DNA of 32,000 bases, taken from contig NZ_CP066018.1 of NCBI RefSeq assembly GCF_016127575.1, positions 2,460,001 through 2,492,000 on the forward strand, given 5' to 3'. The notes below the pieces were generated by a model that worked only from the letters and a program-made list of their open reading frames with translations, was not told the origin of the DNA and searched no databases. Source of the DNA: Cupriavidus necator (GTDB taxonomy: Bacteria > Pseudomonadota > Gammaproteobacteria > Burkholderiales > Burkholderiaceae). The position numbers and the translations under genes were made by a program. Positions 26,827 through 32,000 of the stretch are shown piece by piece (position 1 is the stretch's first letter; every line of letters starts with the position of its first letter).

Positions 26827-26847
26827 GGCGCCGGAAAGTGCGGCGCC
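26827..26847. other. GC hairpin GGCGCCG-gaaagtg-CGGCGCC downstream of the 81-aa ORF (no U-tract)
   Basis: 7-bp perfect stem read directly. Lies between the orphan operon and the ribBA leader. Could be a terminator-like or REP-like element. Confidence 0.3.
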
Positions 26848-26927
26848 TGCCTGAAGCGGGTGGGGAGCGCGGTGCTGCATGGGCCGCCCCGTTGCCGGCA
26901 GGGTGCCGGCGCCTGGCTCGGCCGGGG

Positions 26928-27173
26928 CTATGCGGCGGCGGCCAGCGCGGTGCGGTCGTGGCCTGCGGCGCGCAGCCGCGAGGTCCTGGCGATGCGCGCC
27001 CTGGCCGCGCGGGTCGCGTCAGCCAGCGCGAGCTCGCGCGTGAGGAAGCCGGCGTTGGGTTTGGTGAACCTGGCATGCGCATCCAGCGCATAGGTCCATT
27101 CCCACTTGCCGAAGGTGACCTCGGCCAGTGTCACGACAACGTGGCAATGCTGATAGAAAAAACTCTCGCTCAT
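26928..27173 (-). CDS. Hypothetical 81-aa protein, third gene of the orphan operon
   Basis: In-frame ATG at 27173 inside ORF 26928..27440. The ATG overlaps the TGA of the upstream gene (ATGA). Product MSESFFYQHCHVVVTLAEVTFGKWEWTYALDAHARF... has high GC3. No family recognised. Confidence 0.5.
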   Translation of the reverse strand: MSESFFYQHCHVVVTLAEVTFGKWEWTYALDAHARFTKPNAGFLTRELALADATRAARARIARTSRLRAAGHDRTALAAAA

Positions 27174-27763
27174 GCTTGTTTCCTGTGTGGGACAGCGCGC
27201 TGGCCATGGCCTGCAAGCCATGCGGGCCAGTGGCGGTCTGTCAGCCAGCCGCGCAGGGGCAGCCGGCCATCCCGTGGGTCGATGGCGGCGGCGCCGGCAT
27301 CCTGGGCGATCTCGCAGAGCCGCCCCTTTGCGTGCGGGTCGCACGCGCAGATCATCATCAGCTGGCCTGCGGTCATTTGCCGCTTCTGCCGCCTCAGGCC
27401 GGCGCGCATGATCCCGGCGCCGATCACGCTGCCCAGCCACCGGCCGATCACGGCGCCCAGCGCCATGCCGCCGAGGTAGGCCATGAAGCCCGTGGCCGCG
27501 TTGACCGGCGTGCCGTAGCGGAACACGAGCCAGGCCACCAGCACTGCGCCGGCGGCCATGCCGGCTGCCGCGACTTCATTGCGATAGGTGACCTGTGCCG
27601 CGTGGGGCGAGGGCAGGCCTTCGGCCGGCTGGTCGTCGCGCTGGAAGAACCATGGCCCGTCGATGCGTGCGGGAGTCGCGGCCAGCTCGCCAAGCTGCGC
27701 GTGCGCGCGCCTTGCCGCGGCAATGTCGTTCAGCCGGAAATACAACAGGGTGAGCATGGTCAT
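27170..27763 (-). CDS. Hypothetical membrane protein, 197 aa (two predicted TM helices, glycine-zipper-like GGMALGAVIGRWLGSVIGAG)
   Basis: ORF with consistently high GC3 by hand read and GCGAGG 5 nt upstream of the ATG. Hydrophobic segments VAAAGMAAGAVLVAWLVF and FMAYLGGMALGAVIGRWLGSVIGAGIM. C-terminal ~70 aa contain CxC...C. No family recognised. Confidence 0.6.
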   Translation of the reverse strand: MTMLTLLYFRLNDIAAARRAHAQLGELAATPARIDGPWFFQRDDQPAEGLPSPHAAQVTYRNEVAAAGMAAGAVLVAWLVFRYGTPVNAATGFMAYLGGMALGAVIGRWLGSVIGAGIMRAGLRRQKRQMTAGQLMMICACDPHAKGRLCEIAQDAGAAAIDPRDGRLPLRGWLTDRHWPAWLAGHGQRAVPHRKQA

Positions 27764-27776
27764 GCCTCGCTTGGTG

Positions 27777-28073
27777 TCAGGTCCATTTGCCGCTGGACCA
27801 CGGAAAGCCTGCGAAACGCCGGGCGCCTGGGCGCCGGAATGTCTTCGCCAGGGGGGAGGACGGCGGCTGCAGCCGCGGCCATCCGTTGCCCACGGCCTGG
27901 TCCCAGTCGATCAGCAGCGTGGCGGCACGGTGCAGGTGGGTCGCGGCCAGGCGCACAAAGCCCAGGCGCGCGCGCATCGGCGCAGTGGGATGCCGGTCAC
28001 GCAGCAGGCGCGTGGCCGGAAGTCGCTGATACAGGATTCTGGCGGTGGGGTCGGGCACAGTGAGTTCCTTCAT
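27777..28073 (-). CDS. Hypothetical 98-aa protein, first gene of the orphan operon (start uncertain)
   Basis: C-terminal part of ORF 27777..28538. GC3 is roughly four fifths from ATG 28073 onward, against roughly 60 percent in the upstream extension (hand count). No clear SD. No family recognised. Confidence 0.4.
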   Translation of the reverse strand: MKELTVPDPTARILYQRLPATRLLRDRHPTAPMRARLGFVRLAATHLHRAATLLIDWDQAVGNGWPRLQPPSSPLAKTFRRPGARRFAGFPWSSGKWT

Positions 28074-28515
28074 GGGCGCCGGGCAACAATCCGGCCGGCA
28101 GTTGAAAGAAACGGCGGGAGCGCCAGCTCGCGGACGAGCGCGCGGCGCGGCGGGCAGGGGAGCATGAAGGTCCAGGTGGTCCCCGTGAGTGACTTCAGCA
28201 GTCACCGGTGCTAGACGTTGTCGAGGGGGGAGGCCCGGGAACGAGTGGCGAGCGCCTGTGGGCATACATGGACTGCAAGCGCTGCTTAACCATTCTAGGC
28301 CTCGGGCGCTGCAGGCACCAGCTGACTTACAACAAAGCTGCCAGGCCCCGCGCGGCGCGCCTCCCAGGGGGCCGGCGGTACAAGCAAATTGCCACAGGAG
28401 GGGTTTGTCAGCGTATGCTCGGGACAAAAGGGCACGCCCCGCCCTGAATGCCGCCGCGCTGGCAAGCGGCGGTTCGGACTTCAAATCAGGGCGGCAGCCC
28501 GATCGCGCCCGCGGA

Positions 28516-28530
28516 CTTTGTACAACAAAG
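28516..28530. promoter_or_regulatory. Perfect palindrome CTTTGT-ACA-ACAAAG abutting the RBS of the 80-aa ORF; candidate operator
   Basis: 6-bp arms with a 3-nt spacer, ending 1 nt before GGGAG and 10 nt before ATG 28541. A related GACTT-ACAACAAAG copy lies at 28324-28337. Confidence 0.35.
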
Positions 28531-28540
28531 GGAGACAACC

Positions 28541-28783
28541 ATGTCGAGGCAGATCAAGAACAAGGCTGAACTGCGTGCCCTGGTACGCGCCGAGCAGTCG
28601 AAGTTCGCCGCCTGCGAAGGCGCATGCTTTGGCGATGTGGTCTGGCACGCGCCGGACGCCGGCGGCTGCAACTGGAGCCTGTCCACGATGGAGGGCGGCA
28701 ACAGCAGCGCATGCGTGGAAGCGCTGCGTCCCTTCACCGACAAGCTGCGCGAGACCTATAACGTGCCTGACGAGGGCAGGTAG
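28541..28783 (+). CDS. Hypothetical 80-aa Cys-containing protein
   Basis: ORF 28448..28783 trimmed to ATG 28541, with GGGAG upstream. Product MSRQIKNKAELRALVRAEQSKFAACEGACFGDVVWHAPDAGGCNWSLSTMEGGNSSACVEALRPF... has four Cys, including CxxxC. No family recognised. Confidence 0.55.
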   Translation: MSRQIKNKAELRALVRAEQSKFAACEGACFGDVVWHAPDAGGCNWSLSTMEGGNSSACVEALRPFTDKLRETYNVPDEGR

Positions 28784-28792
28784 CCCGCGGGA

Positions 28793-29413
28793 TTACGCGG
28801 GGGCCTGCGCGGTCGACAGCATCCGCTCCACATAGCGGGCGATCAGGTCGATCTCCAGGTTCACGCGCGCGCCCGGCTTGAGTTCCTGCAGCGTGGTGAC
28901 TTCCACGGTGTGGGGGATCAGGTTGATGGAGAACACGCAGCCGTCGGCTTCGTCATTGACGCGGTTGACGGTCAGCGACACCCCGTTGACCACGACCGAG
29001 CCCTTGTAGGCCAGGTAGCGTGCCAGCTCGCGCGGAGCGCGGATGCGCAGTTCATGCGATTCGCCCACCGGCGCGAAGTGCACGACTTCGCCCAGGCCGT
29101 CGACGTGCCCGGACACCAGGTGGCCGCCCAGGCGGTCGGCCAGGCGCAGTGCCTTTTCCAGGTTGACGCGGCCGGTGCTCTCCAGCCCCACGGTCTTGTC
29201 CAGCGACTCGCGCGAGACCTCGACGTCGAAACTGTCGGGCGCCATGGCGATCACGGTCATGCAGGCGCCCTGGATGGCAATGCTGTCGCCGATGATGACG
29301 TCCGACAGGTCCAGCCCGCCCGCGGCGATATGCAAGCGCACGCCGGCATCGGCGGCGCCCAGCGGGGTTACGGAATCAATGCGGCCGACTGCCGCGACAA
29401 TGCCTGTAAACAT
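28793..29413 (-). CDS. ribE: Riboflavin synthase (alpha subunit)
   Basis: 206 aa. MFTGIV start, internal duplication (GDSIAIQGACMTV / GSVVVNGVSLTV), HLVSGHVDG motif. Confidence 0.95.
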   Translation of the reverse strand: MFTGIVAAVGRIDSVTPLGAADAGVRLHIAAGGLDLSDVIIGDSIAIQGACMTVIAMAPDSFDVEVSRESLDKTVGLESTGRVNLEKALRLADRLGGHLVSGHVDGLGEVVHFAPVGESHELRIRAPRELARYLAYKGSVVVNGVSLTVNRVNDEADGCVFSINLIPHTVEVTTLQELKPGARVNLEIDLIARYVERMLSTAQAPA

Positions 29414-29473
29414 GGTGGTGTCTTCTGCTTTGGGTATTTGGAATCTGGATACGCGGTGCCGATGGGTGGCGCG

Positions 29474-30589
29474 CTACGCGTCGTTGCGCCGGGCAATCAG
29501 GCGCAGGTCGTCGCCGATCTGCCGGATCTCATGCCAGCGGAACTGTGCGGCGTCCTGCAGCCGCGCCAGCGGCGGCAGGTTGAACATGCCCTGGGCATCG
29601 CCCAGCAGCTTGGGTGCGAGGTAGATCAGCAGTTCGTCGGCGCAATGCTCGCGCACCAGCGAACCGTTGAGCTTGAAGCCGGCTTCCACGTGCAGCTCAT
29701 TGATGCCGCGCCGGCCGAGTTCTTCCAGCATTCGGCGCAACTCGACCTTGCCGTGCGGGTTGGACAGGACCACGACTTCGGCGCCGCGGCCTTCCAGTGC
29801 GCGCTGGCGTTCGCGGTCCTCCACCGCGCAGAACACCAGCACCGGCTTGGCGAACTGGCCGGTGTCCGGCGTCAGGATCTGCGCGTCCAGCGGGACCTCC
29901 AGCCGCGAATCGACCAGCACCCGCTGGGGCTGGCGCGGCGTGGCGATGGCCCGCACCGTCAGCGCGGGGTTGTCGTCGCGCACGGTGCCGATGCCGGTGA
30001 GGATCGCGCACGCACGTGCGCGCCAGGCATGGCCGTCGTCGCGCGCGGCCTGGCCGGTGATCCACTGGCTGGTGCCGTCATGCAGCGCGGTGCCACCATC
30101 CATCGATGCCGCCACCTTGATGCGCACCCACGGCAGCCCGCGCGTCATGCGCGAGACGAAGCCGATATTCAGGTCGCGCGCTTCCTTCTCCAGCAGGCCG
30201 CAGCGCACGTCCACGCCGGCCTCGCGCAACCGCTGCAGGCCGCGCCCGGATACCGACGGGTTGGGATCCTCCATGGCCGCTACCACGCGCGCTACGCCCG
30301 CGCGCACCAGCGCATCGGCGCACGGCGGCGTGCGTCCGAAATGGCTGCACGGCTCCAGCGTGACATAGGCGGTGGAGCCGGCCGGGTCCAGCCCGCGCGC
30401 CAGCGCGTCCTTCATCGCCTGGATCTCGGCATGGTCCTGTCCGGCCGGCTGGGTAAACCCCTGGCCGATGACCTGGCCATCCTTGACGAGCACGCAGCCG
30501 ACGCGCGGGTTGGGCGTGGTGATGAACATGCCCCGCGCGGCGAGCGCGAGGGCCTGTTGCATGGCGGCGTGGTCGGTATCGGAAAACAT
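29474..30589 (-). CDS. ribD: Bifunctional diaminohydroxyphosphoribosylaminopyrimidine deaminase / 5-amino-6-(5-phosphoribosylamino)uracil reductase
   Basis: ORF 29474..30748 (GTG-initiated in the track) trimmed to ATG 30589 (MFSDTDHAAMQQALALA...). Deaminase zinc motifs HAEIQA and PCSHFGRTPPC. C-terminal reductase domain. Confidence 0.9.
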   Translation of the reverse strand: MFSDTDHAAMQQALALAARGMFITTPNPRVGCVLVKDGQVIGQGFTQPAGQDHAEIQAMKDALARGLDPAGSTAYVTLEPCSHFGRTPPCADALVRAGVARVVAAMEDPNPSVSGRGLQRLREAGVDVRCGLLEKEARDLNIGFVSRMTRGLPWVRIKVAASMDGGTALHDGTSQWITGQAARDDGHAWRARACAILTGIGTVRDDNPALTVRAIATPRQPQRVLVDSRLEVPLDAQILTPDTGQFAKPVLVFCAVEDRERQRALEGRGAEVVVLSNPHGKVELRRMLEELGRRGINELHVEAGFKLNGSLVREHCADELLIYLAPKLLGDAQGMFNLPPLARLQDAAQFRWHEIRQIGDDLRLIARRNDA

Positions 30590-30641
30590 TCGGCGGTTGC
30601 GTTTGCCTTGGCGCAGCGATCTGGAATACAGGGCTGCCGGG

Positions 30642-31190
30642 TTATGGTGGTCCGGAGGACTCCGTCGCATCGCAGTCAGCGTCGCGGCCGGGGGTGCAGA
30701 GTCGGATACGTCCCTGCGCGCCCAGTCTGACTTGCCGCTGCTCGCCACGGCAGCCGAGCGTGAAAGTGGCGGCCTGGAAACCGCCCTGCTCAGAACGAGA
30801 GTATCCCACAGGCAGGAATTTCAGCACATTCGTGCCGCGGGCGGTCTGGCGCAGCGTCACCCACAGGCAGGGCATGCCCGGTTCGACCACGGCCAGCACC
30901 GCGCGGCGATCCGGGTCGCCGTCTGCCGCGACCAGTTGCCAGCCAGGGCCCAGCGTCGCCTCGCCCGGCAGCGGCTGCAGCGTCACCTCGAGGCGGCGCG
31001 CCAGTGCGGTGGCCCGCGCCAGCGCCAGCGATGCCGCCAGCCGGTCGGCCGCCAGTGTGACCTGTTGCCGGGCGAGCAGGCCGCCGAACACCGGATAGGA
31101 TGCCGCCGCCAGCAGTGCCAGGATGGCCAGGCCGGCGAGCAGCTCGGCCAGAGTCAGGCCATGGTGGCGGCGGGGAGCGTGGCTGTTCAT
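30642..31190 (-). CDS. GspH/FimT-like minor (pseudo)pilin
   Basis: ORF 30642..31235 trimmed to ATG 31190. Prepilin-type N-terminal methylation segment RRHHG-LTLAELLAGLAILALLAAASYPVF, with Glu at +5. Confidence 0.7.
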   Translation of the reverse strand: MNSHAPRRHHGLTLAELLAGLAILALLAAASYPVFGGLLARQQVTLAADRLAASLALARATALARRLEVTLQPLPGEATLGPGWQLVAADGDPDRRAVLAVVEPGMPCLWVTLRQTARGTNVLKFLPVGYSRSEQGGFQAATFTLGCRGEQRQVRLGAQGRIRLCTPGRDADCDATESSGPP

Positions 31191-31197
31191 CGCGCCT

Positions 31198-31656
31198 TCA
31201 GCAATGGGACGGAAGCGGCCGCGGCACGGCTTCACCTTCGGGTAGCGTCAGCCACTGTCCGGTGCTGCGCAGGATCAGCACGCCGCACTCCGGGTCGGGC
31301 CGCTGCGGGACGGCTCGCAATTCAACACAGGTATCCAGGCCGGCCTGCGGGCATGCCGCGGCTGTCACGACATGACGCACGGTGCCGGTGGCCGGTACGG
31401 GTAGTGGCCATTCCCCGGCGGCCACTTCGGCACCGGGTTCGGTGGCAAACGTCATGGCGCCGACGGCGTGGCGCTCCAGTTGCAGCATTCCCTCGGTCAG
31501 CGCGGTACGCGCCTGCGCCCGCCATCCCCGCATCAGGTGGCCGTGCCATGCGGGCACGGCGATGGCCGCGAGGATCGCGAGGACGGCCAGCGCAACCGCA
31601 AGCTCGACCAGGCTGAACCCGGCCCGGGGCCGGGAGGCAGGCGCCGCGGTAGTCAT
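31198..31656 (-). CDS. Type IV pilin-like protein (PilE-like)
   Basis: ORF 31198..31767 trimmed to ATG 31656. Class III signal MTTAAPASRPRAG-FSLVELAVALAVLAILAAIAVPAW. Four C-terminal Cys. The ATG overlaps the stop of the upstream gene (ATGA). Confidence 0.75.
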   Translation of the reverse strand: MTTAAPASRPRAGFSLVELAVALAVLAILAAIAVPAWHGHLMRGWRAQARTALTEGMLQLERHAVGAMTFATEPGAEVAAGEWPLPVPATGTVRHVVTAAACPQAGLDTCVELRAVPQRPDPECGVLILRSTGQWLTLPEGEAVPRPLPSHC

Positions 31657-32000
31657 GGCAAATCCTCCCGTACCGGTCCGGCGATCTCGCGCCAGCGCAG
31701 GCGCCCGGTGCGCCGGCTGGCCATGGTTTGCGACACCCGCGTGACCGTGTTGCCATCGACAGCCCATAGCGACAGCTCGTAAGCCTGGCGCGCGGTGCGT
31801 CCCGGCTGCGCCGGTGCGGCGGGCAATTCGGCAACGGTCACGAACACGCTGGCGCCTGGAGCCAGCAACTGGCCGGTGGCCATGTGCAGGCGTTCGCCGG
31901 TTCCGCTCTGGCTGACCGATTCCCCGGTCGCCGCCAGCACCAGGTAGCTGCGTTGCGCGCCATCGGGCGTGCGCGTCACGAACAGCAGATGGCCGGGGAA
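31653..32000 (-). CDS. C-terminal fragment of a pilus-associated protein (possibly PilY1-like); open at the right edge
   Basis: The reading frame stays open to nt 32000 (...FPGHLLFVTRTPDGAQRSYLVLAATGE...). It ends ...TGRLRWREIAGPVREDLP. The R-x-x-W-R-E motif near the C-terminus and its position upstream of a pilE-like gene suggest PilY1. This rests on memory only. Confidence 0.35.
   Translation of the reverse strand, partial: FPGHLLFVTRTPDGAQRSYLVLAATGESVSQSGTGERLHMATGQLLAPGASVFVTVAELPAAPAQPGRTARQAYELSLWAVDGNTVTRVSQTMASRRTGRLRWREIAGPVREDLP

Noticed and set aside
26634-26830. FMN (RFN) riboswitch expected upstream of ribBA; also checked upstream of ribD and ribH.
   Set aside because: The leader lacks the conserved RFN core blocks (GGGCAGGGTGAAATTCCC-like, CCGACGGT / AGTCCGGATG-like). 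Only generic GC hairpins are present. A cmscan would be needed for certainty.
28516-28530. Palindrome CTTTGTACAACAAAG as a LexA/SOS box.
   Set aside because: It does not fit the proteobacterial CTGT-N8-ACAG consensus in arm sequence or spacing. It is kept only as an unassigned operator candidate.
27777-28538. Full 253-aa ORF as a single gene covering the 28074-28538 region.
   Set aside because: The upstream 155 codons are Pro/Arg/Ala/Cys-rich with GC3 of only about 60 percent by hand count, against about 80 percent downstream. Only the last 98 codons look coding.
1-32000. CRISPR arrays, insertion sequences, rRNA genes and prophage remnants.
   Set aside because: No regularly spaced direct repeats, terminal inverted repeats with a transposase ORF, or rRNA-like sequence were seen on either strand.

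Overview
High-GC betaproteobacterial chromosome segment. From protein sequence and gene content it looks like Cupriavidus/Ralstonia, but that is inference with no database search. Most of it is ordinary core genome. Left to right: tolC (partial), rhodanese and pcm; a co-oriented TetR-MFP-RND efflux operon; ykgJ-like, DUF1439 lipoprotein and uppP; trmB preceded by tRNA-Gly(CCC); a transglutaminase-like gene; a LysR regulator divergent from a Bug/TctC receptor, a family III CoA-transferase and an orphan ORF; aldose epimerase and intracellular PHB depolymerase phaZ; GST; acetoacetyl-CoA synthetase; ubiD; an SLT lytic transglycosylase; a class I/II aminotransferase; nusB-ribH-ribBA; ribE-ribD; and type IV pilin-like genes at the right edge. 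Two places deserve a second look. (1) A ~1.9 kb insert of four small unrecognisable ORFs splits the riboflavin cluster between ribE and ribBA (about 26.85-28.8 kb). It includes a 467-bp non-coding divergent region with a perfect palindrome on the ribosome-binding site of one ORF. (2) The AT-rich ubiD/SLT divergent intergenic region (21.33-21.97 kb) has a near-consensus sigma70 promoter (TTGACG-17-TACAAT). This promoter drives a ~345-nt leader whose first ~95 nt can fold into a four-way junction I cannot assign to any RNA family. I saw no CRISPR array, transposase, integrase or rRNA. The many long ORFs antisense to real genes are high-GC shadow frames. Start codons were re-picked by hand from the ORF track and are less certain than stop codons.
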